A program made the translations under genes and the position numbers. Shown one piece after another: positions 9,943 to 20,325 of a stretch of DNA of 64,000 nt. The DNA comes from Candidatus Lustribacter sp. (lineage in GTDB: Bacteria; Vulcanimicrobiota; Vulcanimicrobiia; Vulcanimicrobiales; Vulcanimicrobiaceae): NCBI GenBank assembly GCA_965277805.1, contig OZ255842.1, forward strand, positions 3,232,001 through 3,296,000, in the 5' to 3' direction. Each line of letters starts with the position of its first letter. Position 1 is the first letter of the stretch. The notes below the pieces were generated by a model. It saw nothing but the letters and a program-made list of their open reading frames with translations, had not been told where the DNA came from and ran no database searches.

Positions 9943-11067
9943 TTGCGCAATCGTTTTCTTGCCGCAGGTCTGCTGTTGGCAATTGTTTCCGGGTGTGCCG
10001 GCGGCGGCATGAGCGCGAACACGGCGGTCCCGAGCGGCTCGGGCCTCACCACCGACGCGGCCGCGAGCGACGCGAGCACCGCAACGCGGCTTGCGACGCA
10101 GGCCATCGGCAGCAACGTCGTCGTCAATCCGGGCTTCGAAACGGGTTCGCTCTCGCCGTGGACGTCGTGCGGCAGCGTGAGCGGGCCCGCCGTCTCGACC
10201 GCCAAGGAGCACGCCGGCACGGACAGCGCGCTGATCGGTTCCACCAAGACGCCGGAAGTCAACGGCACGGCCGGTCTCTGCCAAACGGTTACGGTTCCGG
10301 CCGCAGCGACGCTGACGTTCTGGGTGTATGAAGGCACGACCGATACGATCACCTACGTCGATCAGGAAGCCGACATCCGCAGCACCAGCGGCAAGCAACT
10401 CACGCAATTGTATTCCGAAGCGAAATCGACCGGCGGCTGGGTGCAGAAAACGTTCAGCCTGAGTTCCTATGCCGGCCAAACCGTGGAACTGTATTTCGGC
10501 GTCAAGGGCAACGGCTATTCCAAGGACTACGTCTACGAGTATCTCGATGACGTCTCGCTGACCGGCACGAGCGCCTCGCCGACTCCGTCGCCGTCGCCGA
10601 CACCAAGCGGTGCGCCGACCTCGACGCCGGCCCCGACCCCAACGCCGAGCGCCGCGTTCGCGTGCAATAACACGCAGTTCCTCACCGATCAGAGCGAATT
10701 CGCCGCGGGCTCGATCTCGGCCGATCAACTCGTCGACATCTGCGGCAACGTAACGCAAGTGCTCGCGAAGAAGACCACCAGCAGCGGCACTCACGGCTAC
10801 TTCTACGTGCAGATGCCGTCCGGCTATCAGATCGAGATCGTCTCGAATCTCGACGCGATGGCCGAAGCCTCAACCGGCAAACCGCCCTCGACGTGGCCCT
10901 GGGTGGCCGTCGGCGACTACGTCTACGTTCAAGGCCGCTACTACTACGATAACTCTTCGAGCCAAGGCGTGGACTGGACCGAAGACGATACCGATAGCTC
11001 TTGGGAGCACACCGGCTACGTCGCGGTCTGCAACGCATCCGGTGGGGCCTGCTCGAAATACTGGTAG
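9943..11067 (+). CDS. Lipoprotein: carbohydrate-binding-like jelly-roll domain, Pro/Thr/Ser linker, DUF3465-like C-terminal domain
   Basis: Lipobox IVSGC, NPGFETGSLSPW...YLDDVSL, PTPSPSPTP linker, HGYFYV...GDYVYVQGRY...DWT; GGGAGG at 9931-9936 favours TTG 9943. Confidence 0.7.
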   Translation: MRNRFLAAGLLLAIVSGCAGGGMSANTAVPSGSGLTTDAAASDASTATRLATQAIGSNVVVNPGFETGSLSPWTSCGSVSGPAVSTAKEHAGTDSALIGSTKTPEVNGTAGLCQTVTVPAAATLTFWVYEGTTDTITYVDQEADIRSTSGKQLTQLYSEAKSTGGWVQKTFSLSSYAGQTVELYFGVKGNGYSKDYVYEYLDDVSLTGTSASPTPSPSPTPSGAPTSTPAPTPTPSAAFACNNTQFLTDQSEFAAGSISADQLVDICGNVTQVLAKKTTSSGTHGYFYVQMPSGYQIEIVSNLDAMAEASTGKPPSTWPWVAVGDYVYVQGRYYYDNSSSQGVDWTEDDTDSSWEHTGYVAVCNASGGACSKYW

Positions 11068-11149
11068 GCAGCAGCAGCGACGGATGTCACATTCGTCGAT
11101 AGGCGTCCGTCCGCTCGCATGGCAGTGTTAGCAACATGAACTGCGTCGG

Positions 11150-12622
11150 ATGGGCACCTTGAAAAAAGTCGCACCCGGAGTCGGCCCGAAATTTCCCCAA
11201 GTCGTCGTGCTCTTCGGCGCTACCGGCGATCTCGCGCGGCGGAAGCTCTTGCCGGGGCTCTTCCACCTCTCGAGCGTCGGGTTCATCCCGGGTTGCCGCA
11301 TCATCGGCGTCTCTCTGGATGACCTCGACGTCGAGGCGTTTCGCACGTTCGCGCGCACGGCCGTCGATGATTTCGCGACGCGCAAGGTCGGCGATGGCGC
11401 GTGGGCCGAGTTCGCGCAGACACTCGACTACCTGCCGCTATCGGCCGGCCCCGATGCGCTCAAGGCCGCGGTCGAACGGGCCGAGGCGTCACTCGGCGGC
11501 GAGAGCCACCGGCTGCACTACCTCAGCGTTCCGCCGAACGCCGCGCTCTCGGCCGTGCGGATGCTCGGCGAAGCCGGACTCGTGGAACGCTCGCAGATCA
11601 TCATGGAGAAGCCGTTCGGCACGAACCTCGAAACCGCGGTCAAGCTCAACGCCAACCTGCACGAGGTCTTCGCCGAAGAGCAGATCTTCCGCATCGACCA
11701 TTTCCTCGGTAAGGAGCCCGCGCAGAACATCCTCGCGTTTCGCTTCGCTAACGGCCTCTTTGAGCCGATCTGGAATCGCAATTTCATCGATCACGTCCAA
11801 ATCGACGTGCCGGAAAAGCTCTCGCTCGACCATCGTGCAGCGTTCTACGAGCAGACCGGCGCGTTTCGCGACATGGTCGTCACGCATCTCTTGCAGATCG
11901 TAGCGTTCATGGCGATGGAACCGCCCACGTCGCTCGAACCCGGACCGATCAGCGAAGAGAAGAACAAAGTCTTCCGCTGCATGCTGCCGATCGATCCGAA
12001 GGATGTCGTGCGCGGCCAATATACGGGCTACCGGCACGAAGAAGGCGTCGACACCGAGTCGGACACCGAAACGTTCATCGCACTGAAGTGCATGATCGAT
12101 AACTGGCGCTGGGCCGGGGTGCCGTTCTTCCTGCGCACCGGGAAGCGCCTGGCGGAAGGCATGCGCATTATCTCGATCGCGTTTCGCGAACCGCCCAAGA
12201 GCATGTTCCCGGTGGGTTCCGGCGTCGGCGCGGAAGGCCCCGATCACCTCACGTTCGACCTCGCCGACGCATCGAAGATGTCGCTCTCGTTTTACGGCAA
12301 GCGGCCGGGGCCGGGCATGAAACTCGAAAAGCTGAGCTTACAGTTCGCGATGCACGAAACGGGCCTGATCGGCGACGTGCTCGAGGCCTACGAACGGCTG
12401 ATCCTCGATGCGATGCGCGGCGATCACACGCTCTTCACGACCGCGGAAGGCATCGAGCGACTGTGGGAAGTCTCGCGTCCGCTGCTGGAAGCGCCGCCGC
12501 CGGTGCGGCTCTATCCGCCCGGCTCGTGGGGACCGAAGTCGATCCACCAGCTCGTCGCGCCGCACGCGTGGCGTTTGCCGTTCGAACGCGCCTGGCGCGA
12601 TCCCAACGCCACCGGAGCCTAA
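11150..12622 (+). CDS. zwf: Glucose-6-phosphate 1-dehydrogenase
   Basis: [47 protein letters not shown]. Confidence 0.97.
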   Translation: MGTLKKVAPGVGPKFPQVVVLFGATGDLARRKLLPGLFHLSSVGFIPGCRIIGVSLDDLDVEAFRTFARTAVDDFATRKVGDGAWAEFAQTLDYLPLSAGPDALKAAVERAEASLGGESHRLHYLSVPPNAALSAVRMLGEAGLVERSQIIMEKPFGTNLETAVKLNANLHEVFAEEQIFRIDHFLGKEPAQNILAFRFANGLFEPIWNRNFIDHVQIDVPEKLSLDHRAAFYEQTGAFRDMVVTHLLQIVAFMAMEPPTSLEPGPISEEKNKVFRCMLPIDPKDVVRGQYTGYRHEEGVDTESDTETFIALKCMIDNWRWAGVPFFLRTGKRLAEGMRIISIAFREPPKSMFPVGSGVGAEGPDHLTFDLADASKMSLSFYGKRPGPGMKLEKLSLQFAMHETGLIGDVLEAYERLILDAMRGDHTLFTTAEGIERLWEVSRPLLEAPPPVRLYPPGSWGPKSIHQLVAPHAWRLPFERAWRDPNATGA

Positions 12623-13188
12623 CTCCCGAGCACGATCCGGAACGTGACCGTGACCGCGTCCTTCACGGTCACCGCGCCGCCCGCAACCCGGATCGGCGTG
12701 ATGCCGAAGGCGCTCTGAACGACCGTCGCCGATCCGCTGAAGTGCGTCGCGTCCGCGCGCACCGCTGCGAACGCGATCGGATGCGTTTGTCCGTGCAGCG
12801 TGAGATCGCCGTTCACGGTCCAATGTGCCGGATCGGTGGCCGTGATGCTCCTCGAACGGAACACGATCGTGCGGTACGTGCCGGCGTCGAGGACTTGCGG
12901 CCCGGTCATGTTGCTCTGCACGTCCGCCCGCCGGCTCGCCGATGACTTCGGATCGAGCACGCGCATTTGCGTCGCGTCGACGGTGAGGGTCACGGCTTTC
13001 TGCGCGTCGTCATAGGTGCCGGAGGCGATCGGCGCGTCGATGGCGTGATTGTCGGCGAACAGCGAAAACACGCCTTGCTTGGATACCGCCACGCTCATCG
13101 TCGAGTGCGCGACGTCGATCGGCACCGGATTGCCGAACGCCGGCGCCGCCGCAAAGATCAAGCCGATGACGATGAGGATTCGTTGCAT
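12619..13188 (-). CDS. YceI family secreted lipid/polyisoprenoid-binding protein
   Basis: Signal peptide, [20 protein letters not shown] pattern. Confidence 0.82.
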   Translation of the reverse strand: MQRILIVIGLIFAAAPAFGNPVPIDVAHSTMSVAVSKQGVFSLFADNHAIDAPIASGTYDDAQKAVTLTVDATQMRVLDPKSSASRRADVQSNMTGPQVLDAGTYRTIVFRSRSITATDPAHWTVNGDLTLHGQTHPIAFAAVRADATHFSGSATVVQSAFGITPIRVAGGAVTVKDAVTVTFRIVLGS

Positions 13189-13210
13189 GACGTAACTACT
13201 AGCGCTCCGG

Positions 13211-13237
13211 CTTGAAGATTTCGTGAAACTCACGAAA
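13211..13237. promoter_or_regulatory. Candidate transcription-factor site between divergent genes
   Basis: CTTGAAG/CGTGAAA 11-bp-period repeat plus perfect inverted repeat TTTCGTGA-AAC-TCACGAAA (13219-13237). Confidence 0.4.
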
Positions 13238-13286
13238 ATCTAACCAGCGCCCGGTTGCTTTTCCGATTTCGGGGTAAAGCGGCGCC

Positions 13287-14642
13287 GTGAAGTTACCTAC
13301 CAGAACCCTGGCTGGGAGCGCAGCGGCGCTTTCCTTCGGTTTGCTGCTGACGCTTGCAGCGAGCGCGCAAGTCGCGATCAGCATCAACGGCAACGGGGTC
13401 GATGTATCGCCGTCGCCGCTGATCCAAAACGGGCGCGTCTTCGTGCCGCTGCGCGGCGTGTTCGAGAACCTCGGCGCCCGGGTGAACTACGCCAACGGCC
13501 GGATCGATGCGACCGGCAACGGACGTGAGATCGCGCTCGAGATCGGATCGACGCAGGCGACGGTCAACGGACAATCGGAAACGATCGACGTTGCGCCGTT
13601 CATCGTCGGAGCGAGCACCTACGTTCCGCTGCGTTTCGTCTCGCAAGCGCTCGGTGCGGGGGTTCAGTGGGACAACACCGACCGTGTCGTCGAGATCAGC
13701 ATGGCCGGAGTGCAGCCCCAAGACCTCGCTGTTCCGAACGCGCAAGACGGCGACTGGGTCGATTCACCGCCGCCGGCGATTCCGGCGTACGAGCCGCCGC
13801 CCGCGCCGGCAGAAAATGATATTTGGGTGCCCGGCTACTGGGCGTGGGGCGAAGGCGGCTACTACTGGGTCGCCGGTACGTGGACGCAGCCGCCGCAGCC
13901 GGATTATCTATGGACGCCCGGCTATTGGTCCGCCAACAACAACAACGCCTACGTCTGGCATCAAGGCTATTGGGGTCCGACGGTCGGATTCTACGGCGGC
14001 ATCAATTACGGCGCCGGCTACTACGGCCGCGGCTACGTCGGCGGGCGCTGGTCGGGCAATCAGTTTCAATACAACACCGCCGTCACGCCTGTGAACCGCA
14101 ACGTGATTCACAACGTGTACGTCGATAAGACCGTCATCAACAACAACACCACCGTCAACAATCACACGAGTTACAATGGCGGCACGCACGGTGTGGCCGT
14201 CCAACCGACCGCAGCGGAAGCGACCGCAGCGCGCGCGCCGCATAAACCGATGACCCCGACGCAACAACAACACGCGCAAGTCGCCGGCCAAGATCGCCGC
14301 AACCTCGCAACCGTCAATGCCGGTAAACCCGCGGTCGTCGCCGCGCCGCATCCGTTCACGCACGCAGCGACACCGGCCGGCGCCGTTCCGGTCACCACGA
14401 ACGATCGCAGCGCAGGCGGGCAGCTCATCGCGCGTCCGGCGGTTCGTCCGCAACCCGCGGCGCCTGCTGCAGCACCCCCGCGCCCGGCCTTCGTTCGGCC
14501 GCAAGGTCAAGCACCGGCTCATCCCGCAGCCGTCGTGCCGCCGGCAGCCGCAACGCGTCCGGTGACGAGCATTCCGGTCTACGTGCATCACGCACCGGCC
14601 GCGGCCGTTGCGCGTCCCGAGCCTTCGGGCGCTCCGCGGTAG
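13287..14642 (+). CDS. Secreted protein: copper amine oxidase N-terminal (stalk) domain, YXWGXW repeats, Pro/Ala-rich tail
   Basis: GRVFVPLRGVFENLGA and TYVPLRFVSQALGA; WVPGYW, WTPGYW, WHQGYW repeats. Confidence 0.85.
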   Translation: MKLPTRTLAGSAAALSFGLLLTLAASAQVAISINGNGVDVSPSPLIQNGRVFVPLRGVFENLGARVNYANGRIDATGNGREIALEIGSTQATVNGQSETIDVAPFIVGASTYVPLRFVSQALGAGVQWDNTDRVVEISMAGVQPQDLAVPNAQDGDWVDSPPPAIPAYEPPPAPAENDIWVPGYWAWGEGGYYWVAGTWTQPPQPDYLWTPGYWSANNNNAYVWHQGYWGPTVGFYGGINYGAGYYGRGYVGGRWSGNQFQYNTAVTPVNRNVIHNVYVDKTVINNNTTVNNHTSYNGGTHGVAVQPTAAEATAARAPHKPMTPTQQQHAQVAGQDRRNLATVNAGKPAVVAAPHPFTHAATPAGAVPVTTNDRSAGGQLIARPAVRPQPAAPAAAPPRPAFVRPQGQAPAHPAAVVPPAAATRPVTSIPVYVHHAPAAAVARPEPSGAPR

Positions 14643-14645
14643 CGG

Positions 14646-15674
14646 TTACGCGCGCAGCGACGCTGCTCCGACGAGGGGCAGCGCGCTCGCGCGCATGATC
14701 GTTGCCAAATCGGCCGGCGAAGCCCCGCACACCGCGAGCTCGCCGGTCGTCGCTTTTCCCGGTGCATACGGGTAATCCGTGCCGAGCACGATGTGCGAGG
14801 GCGGGATCAATTTCAGCAGCCCGGCCATGCCGCTCGGCGACGACACGAACGCGGTGTCATAATAGAACTTCTTGAGTTCCGCTTCGACGCCGTTCGGAAA
14901 CAGACCGGCGTTCTTCGGCAGACGCTGATCGTTGTGAAAGCGGTCGATCACGTAGGGCATCAGGCCGCCGCCGTGCGAGAAGATGAACTTGATGTTCGGA
15001 AACTTCATCGACGTGCCGCTAAACACGAGGCTGCCGATCGTGCGCGTCGTGTCGGCCGCGAACTCGACCACCGTTTCGCTCATCACCGGCGCGACCGGAT
15101 TCACGCAGCACGCGGCGTCGGTCGGATGGCAGAACACGACCGCGTTGCGGCGGTTAAGCTCCGTCCACAACGGCGTGAGAAACGGATCGCCGAGATAGCG
15201 CTGGCCGTAGCTCGACCACACGCCCACGCCGTCGGCGTGCAACGTGTCGAGCGCGTAAGCGAGTTCGGTCATGCTGCCTTCGACATCGGGCAGCGGCAGC
15301 GCGGCATAGACGCCGAAGCGGCCCGGGTGCAGGCGCCGCAACTCCGCCATGTACTCGTTGCTCTCGCGGCAGAACTTGCGTGAGAACGCGACGTCGCCGA
15401 ACGTCATGCCGGGCCGCGCGGGCATCGAGAGCATGCCCAATTCGATCCCGGCCGCATCCATGTCGGCGAGACACGTTTCGGGCGTCCACGACGCGAGAAC
15501 GGGCGGAAACGGCTTCGTATACGCGCCCTTGATCTCGGCTGCGTAGCCCGGCGGGCTCACGTGCCGATGCACGTCGATGCTCCGCGGACCACCGCTCTGC
15601 CCAGCCGCGACCAGCGGCCCCGCGCACGCGGCGGCCGCAGTCAAACCAGCGAGAAACGCCCCTCTATTCACCAT
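14646..15674 (-). CDS. Amidohydrolase-2 family protein (ACMSD/aromatic acid decarboxylase-like) with Tat-like leader
   Basis: IDVHRH, VFCHP, SHGGG, YYDTA, LGTDYP. Confidence 0.85.
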   Translation of the reverse strand: MVNRGAFLAGLTAAAACAGPLVAAGQSGGPRSIDVHRHVSPPGYAAEIKGAYTKPFPPVLASWTPETCLADMDAAGIELGMLSMPARPGMTFGDVAFSRKFCRESNEYMAELRRLHPGRFGVYAALPLPDVEGSMTELAYALDTLHADGVGVWSSYGQRYLGDPFLTPLWTELNRRNAVVFCHPTDAACCVNPVAPVMSETVVEFAADTTRTIGSLVFSGTSMKFPNIKFIFSHGGGLMPYVIDRFHNDQRLPKNAGLFPNGVEAELKKFYYDTAFVSSPSGMAGLLKLIPPSHIVLGTDYPYAPGKATTGELAVCGASPADLATIMRASALPLVGAASLRA

Positions 15675-15695
15675 CGCGGGGGCGTTCGGATTCGT

Positions 15696-18600
15696 CTAGT
15701 GCGCTCCTACCGGCTCCGGTTCCGCCGGCGGCTGCACGTGACCGTTGGGCCGCGGCCGCACGTGCGACTGCGGCAATTCCTTGGGCGCGAGCCACATATA
15801 CATGTTCGGGATCAGCAACAGCGTGAGGACGAGCGAACTGATCACGCCGCCGATGATCACGATGCCGAGGCTCGAGCGCGAACCCGAACCGGGATCGAGC
15901 GCGAGCGCGAGCGGCAGGTTTCCGAAAATGACCGAGAAGCTCGTCATCACGATCGGCCGGAAGCGCGTAAACGCACTCTGTTTGATGGCTTCGAGTTTGC
16001 CGTAGCCGCGCGACCGCAGCGTGTTGGCGTAGTCGACCAGCAAGATGCCGTTCTTCGTGGCAATGCCGACGAGCAGAATGGTGCCGATCAGCGAGAACAG
16101 GTTCAGCGTGCGGTGCGTGAGCACCAGTGCCGTCATTGCCCCGACCGCCGCGACCGGAACCGAGAAGATGATGATGAACGGATCCCGATAGCTGTTGTAG
16201 AGCGCGACCATCAGCAAGAAGACGAGTAAGATCGAGAGGACGAGCGACGAGCCGAGTCCGCGCAAAGTCTGGTTCATGAAGTCTTGCTGTCCCAGCGGGG
16301 CCGGCTTGACCGTGATGTTCGGCGGCAAGTGCAGCGAGGGCAGGCCGCGGACGAACGCGCTTTGTACGTTCGAGAGCGACGATCCCGGTGCGAAATTCGC
16401 ATCGACGTGGATCACGTTCAGCCGGTCGGTGCGCGTCACCAGGGGTGACGTCGGCGTCGAACTGAACGTCGCGAAATCGCTCAGATGGACGATCGAACCG
16501 TTCTGCGAGCGAATCGGCACCTCGCCGAGCGACTGCAGCGCCGTTTGGTCGCTGAGCGGGTAGATCACCTGTACTTGTTCGAGACCCGCGGGCGTTTCGA
16601 ACTGCGTTGCAACGTCGCCGCCGAACGCGGCGCCCGCAGCTTGGGCTGCGGAGCCGAGGCTCACGTCAAGCGCTTGCATTTTCTGCCGGTTGAACTCGAT
16701 CGAGACTTCGGGCGCGAGCGACGTGCCCGAACTGTTCACGCTGGTGGCGCCCGGGGTGCTCTTGAGCAACGCCAGCACTTTGGTGGCATACGGCGTTGGA
16801 TCGCCGCCGGTGATATCGGAGACGATGAAGTCGATCGGCTGTTTGTTTCCACCCGTTTGGCCGGTCGACGGAACGACGACGGTATTGGCGTCGGGCGCCG
16901 CGCGATGCGCGACCGCCGTTAACTTCGGCACCCAGTCGGCCGTGCTGAACTTACGGTCGTCTTTGAGAAAGATCGTCAGCTGCGCGACGTTGCTCTGCAC
17001 GACGAATCCGCCGAACGCGGCCGAATAACCGCCGGCCGTCGTCGCTTCGGCGTCGACGTCGCTCTGCCGATCGACGGCATGTGCGACCTTGAACGCGGCA
17101 TCGCGCACGTGCGCGAGCGGCGTGCCGATCGGATAGGTGAGCTGCATGAAGATCTGGCCGCGATCGGTCGTCGGAATGTACTCTTCGCCGACGATCCCGA
17201 GCGGCACGAGCGCTGCGGCGATGCCGAACGTCACCGCGCAGAAGGCCGCGACCAGCACGCCGTTGTTCAAGCCCCACGGGAGCGCGCGATGAGCGTACCA
17301 GTCGCGCACGTTGTCGAAGCCGGTGGTGAACCAATCGATGAAGGCCGGGGGCTTCCAATGCGACTTCAGCGCCCAGAGGCCCGCCAGCGTCGGCGTCACG
17401 GTGAACGAGACGAAGAGCGAGGTGAGCGTCGAGATCACGACCACGATCGCAAACTCGACCAGCTGCCGCCCGACTTGACCGCCGATGAACGCGATCGGAA
17501 AGAACACCACCACGTCGACGAACGTGATCACGATCGCCGCCGCGCCGATTTCCGCGCGGCCTTCGATCGCCGCGTTCTCGGGCGTCTGGTGCAGTTCGGT
17601 AAAATGCCGTTCGATGTTCTCGAGCACAACCGTCGAGTCGTCGACGAGAATTCCGATAACCAGCGACATCGCCAGCAGCGAAATCGTGTCGAGCGTGAAG
17701 CCGAGCACCTTCATCGCCGAAAACGCGATCGCCAGCGACGTTGGGATCGACACGCACACGACCAGCGCGTTGCGCCACGAACGCAGGAAGAACACCATCG
17801 CGATGGCGGTCAGCGCCACCGCTTCCAGCAACGTGCGGATGACGAGATCGATCTGCTGCTCGGTGAACCGCGACTGGACGTTGATGATCTTGAACTCGAT
17901 TGCCGGAAACTGCTCCTTGATCAACGGCAGCGCGGAGAGCACCGCGTTTGCGGCGTCGACCTCGCTCGCATCGGAGGCTTTCTGGATTTGCAGAAAGAGG
18001 CCGGGGCGTCCCGAGATCTGCGCGTAAACCTGGCGGGGCTCGTAGCCCGAGATGACGTTCGCCACGTCCTCGATGCGGCGCACGGCATTGCTCGCCGTCC
18101 ACGTATCCACGCTGCCCGGCAAACCGTTCAGCCCGCTGGAATACGTCGCGGTCGCGCCCGGCGTCGATCCCGACGCCGCCGCCGACGAACCGCCCGCGGC
18201 TTGCTGAATCGGCAGCTGCGCAACGGTTGCGATATTCTGGATGTCGCCGCGAACGTCGACCGTCGTCTGGCGGTTGGTTTCATAGACGGTCCCGCCCGGA
18301 ACGCGCGAGTTGTCGGCGCCGACCGTTGCGATCACGTCGTCGAGCGTCAAGCCCGAGGCCGCGAGCTTCGCCGGGTCGACGTTGATCTCGTAGGCAGGCG
18401 TCACGACGCCGCCGACGTTGGCATACGAAATGCCGGGCAGCTGTTCGAGTTTCGGCGCGATCACGTTCTGCGCGTAGAGCGAGAGCTCGCCCGGAGTGAG
18501 TTTCTGCGAATACATCGCCATCGTCACGACGGTCGATTCGCTGGGGTCGCGGATCGAAACGGTCGGCGGCGTGATGTTGGTCGGCAGCACCTTCTCGGCG

Positions 18601-18941
18601 GACTGCACGTCCTTGTTGACGAGCGCGAGATCGGTCGCGATATCGGAGGTAATCACGAAGGTGGCCTGGATCGAGGCTTGGCCTTGTTCCACCACCGAGC
18701 TGAACGTTTGCAAATCCGTCGTGCCGGCGAGGTACTGTTCGATCGGCGCTACGATGTTGTCGCGCATTTCGGTGACCGATGCGCCGTTGTACTGAACGGA
18801 AATCGTCACCGTCGGCTGATCGACGTTGGGAAAGAGCTGTTTGACGATCGTCATGACCGAGATGACGCCCGAGAGCGACATCAGCGCGATGAGGACGAAG
18901 ACCAGCGTGGGACGGGCGACGAACAGGCGGGTCAGGTTCAA
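15696..18941 (-). CDS. RND efflux permease (AcrB/AcrD/AcrF family)
   Basis: 1081 aa, GILVDDSTVVLENI, KNGILLVD, RFRPIVMT. Confidence 0.95.
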   Translation of the reverse strand: MNLTRLFVARPTLVFVLIALMSLSGVISVMTIVKQLFPNVDQPTVTISVQYNGASVTEMRDNIVAPIEQYLAGTTDLQTFSSVVEQGQASIQATFVITSDIATDLALVNKDVQSAEKVLPTNITPPTVSIRDPSESTVVTMAMYSQKLTPGELSLYAQNVIAPKLEQLPGISYANVGGVVTPAYEINVDPAKLAASGLTLDDVIATVGADNSRVPGGTVYETNRQTTVDVRGDIQNIATVAQLPIQQAAGGSSAAASGSTPGATATYSSGLNGLPGSVDTWTASNAVRRIEDVANVISGYEPRQVYAQISGRPGLFLQIQKASDASEVDAANAVLSALPLIKEQFPAIEFKIINVQSRFTEQQIDLVIRTLLEAVALTAIAMVFFLRSWRNALVVCVSIPTSLAIAFSAMKVLGFTLDTISLLAMSLVIGILVDDSTVVLENIERHFTELHQTPENAAIEGRAEIGAAAIVITFVDVVVFFPIAFIGGQVGRQLVEFAIVVVISTLTSLFVSFTVTPTLAGLWALKSHWKPPAFIDWFTTGFDNVRDWYAHRALPWGLNNGVLVAAFCAVTFGIAAALVPLGIVGEEYIPTTDRGQIFMQLTYPIGTPLAHVRDAAFKVAHAVDRQSDVDAEATTAGGYSAAFGGFVVQSNVAQLTIFLKDDRKFSTADWVPKLTAVAHRAAPDANTVVVPSTGQTGGNKQPIDFIVSDITGGDPTPYATKVLALLKSTPGATSVNSSGTSLAPEVSIEFNRQKMQALDVSLGSAAQAAGAAFGGDVATQFETPAGLEQVQVIYPLSDQTALQSLGEVPIRSQNGSIVHLSDFATFSSTPTSPLVTRTDRLNVIHVDANFAPGSSLSNVQSAFVRGLPSLHLPPNITVKPAPLGQQDFMNQTLRGLGSSLVLSILLVFLLMVALYNSYRDPFIIIFSVPVAAVGAMTALVLTHRTLNLFSLIGTILLVGIATKNGILLVDYANTLRSRGYGKLEAIKQSAFTRFRPIVMTSFSVIFGNLPLALALDPGSGSRSSLGIVIIGGVISSLVLTLLLIPNMYMWLAPKELPQSHVRPRPNGHVQPPAEPEPVGAH

Positions 18942-20215
18942 CGGACGGCAACCTTCTCGCCGTCGCCGATGCTCGTTTGGCCGTTGCTGACCACGCGCAC
19001 CCCGGGATCGATCCCACTGACGATCGAGGTGACGCCGTCATCGGCGACCTCGACGACCTTCACGGTCTTCACCGTGCCGTTCTGCACGACCATGATCGCA
19101 TCGTGATTGTCGTCGGTGAACGCGGTTTCCGGGACGCGGATCCCGTGCACGCCCGGCAGCTGCACGCTGCCCGAAACCGCCATACCGGGACGCAGCGAAC
19201 CGTCACCGTTCGGCAACACGACCTTCACCTGAAAGTCGGTCGAGCCCGGCACGATTTGGTTCAACACCCCGGCCACTTTGCCGGCGCGCTGCGAGCGCTT
19301 CGCGTCGGTGCTGAGGATCGTCGCCGGCGCGTTGGTCGCGATCTGCGCGATCTGCTGGCCCGAACCGCGCAGGATCGCGTAGATCGGATTGACTTGCTGC
19401 AGCGTGAAAATCTGCCGCGTGCCGGGATACTCGCCCGGATTGAGGTTGCGGTTGACGACCACGCCGTCGATCGGCGAGACGATCGTGGCTTTCGCAATCT
19501 GCACGCGCTCTTGGTTGGCGTTGGCCAGCGCGACGGCTTCCGTCGCCTGTGAGGCCTGCACGGTCGATGACTGCAAACCCGGCGCGTTCAACGACGAACC
19601 GTTCGCGGTAACGTTGGAGGCGGCGCTCGCGACCGCGGCTTGATCCGCGCGCAGCGTTTGCGCGTCGTCGTTGACGGTGGTTTGCTGCTGCGCCTCTTGC
19701 TGCTCGGCGACGTAGCCGTTCGAGAGCAATTGCTGGTAGCGGTGCAGGTCGGTCGTGTCGCGGGCGAGGTTCGCCTGCGCTTGGCGCACGGCGGTCTGCG
19801 CGGAACGCAGGGAGTCGACGCCCTGGGCGATCGACAGCGAACCGGCAAACGTGTTGTGGCTCGTCGCCGCGTGGTCGCTCTGCGCTTGCGCGAGGTCGGA
19901 CTGCAAGGCCGCGTTGAGATCGGCGGTATCGAGTTGCGCCAGCACCTCGCCACGGTGGACGACGTCGCCCTCGGCGACGTTGACGCTGTCGGCCGGTTCG
20001 GTGAGGGTCGATGAGATGGCGACGTTCTGGTACGGCGCGATGACGCCGGCGAGCTGCTCGCCCGGGACGATCGCGCCTTGGACGGCCACGGTCGTCTCGA
20101 CGTACGGGGCCTGCGCCACAATGGCCTTATGAGCGCTGCCGCACGCGGCGAGGGAGGCGCCGAGAACGCAGGCAGCGGCTGCTTGAGCGGCACGGCGATG
20201 AGAACGAGCGATCAT
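18938..20215 (-). CDS. RND periplasmic adaptor (membrane fusion) lipoprotein
   Basis: LAAC lipobox, lipoyl halves (EGDVVHRGEVLAQLD, IVSPIDGVV), coiled coil, LRPGM; start 20215 or 20233. Confidence 0.9.
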   Translation of the reverse strand: MIARSHRRAAQAAAACVLGASLAACGSAHKAIVAQAPYVETTVAVQGAIVPGEQLAGVIAPYQNVAISSTLTEPADSVNVAEGDVVHRGEVLAQLDTADLNAALQSDLAQAQSDHAATSHNTFAGSLSIAQGVDSLRSAQTAVRQAQANLARDTTDLHRYQQLLSNGYVAEQQEAQQQTTVNDDAQTLRADQAAVASAASNVTANGSSLNAPGLQSSTVQASQATEAVALANANQERVQIAKATIVSPIDGVVVNRNLNPGEYPGTRQIFTLQQVNPIYAILRGSGQQIAQIATNAPATILSTDAKRSQRAGKVAGVLNQIVPGSTDFQVKVVLPNGDGSLRPGMAVSGSVQLPGVHGIRVPETAFTDDNHDAIMVVQNGTVKTVKVVEVADDGVTSIVSGIDPGVRVVSNGQTSIGDGEKVAVR

Positions 20216-20262
20216 GGTCTTCACGGCACCCATCAGTGTAGCCGCCGCCCCGGTTGACGATC

Positions 20263-20280
20263 CTTGAAAATTTCTTGGAA
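20263..20280. promoter_or_regulatory. Candidate OmpR-family tandem-repeat box
   Basis: CTTGAAA-N4-CTTGGAA (11-bp period) between RND adaptor and response regulator; TACACT -10-like hexamer on minus strand at 20235-20240. Confidence 0.4.
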
Positions 20281-20325
20281 ACGTGTGCACATTATCCCAG
20301 CAAAGCGTTAGATACTAAGCGAGCA

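Noticed and set aside
10575-10650. Short repetitive DNA
   Set aside because: Encodes a Pro/Thr/Ser linker; not a CRISPR or tandem-repeat locus
17079-19106. Long antisense ORFs (also 3406-5535, 38047-39636, 41330-42727)
   Set aside because: Stop-poor shadow frames typical of high-GC coding DNA, with no recognisable motifs
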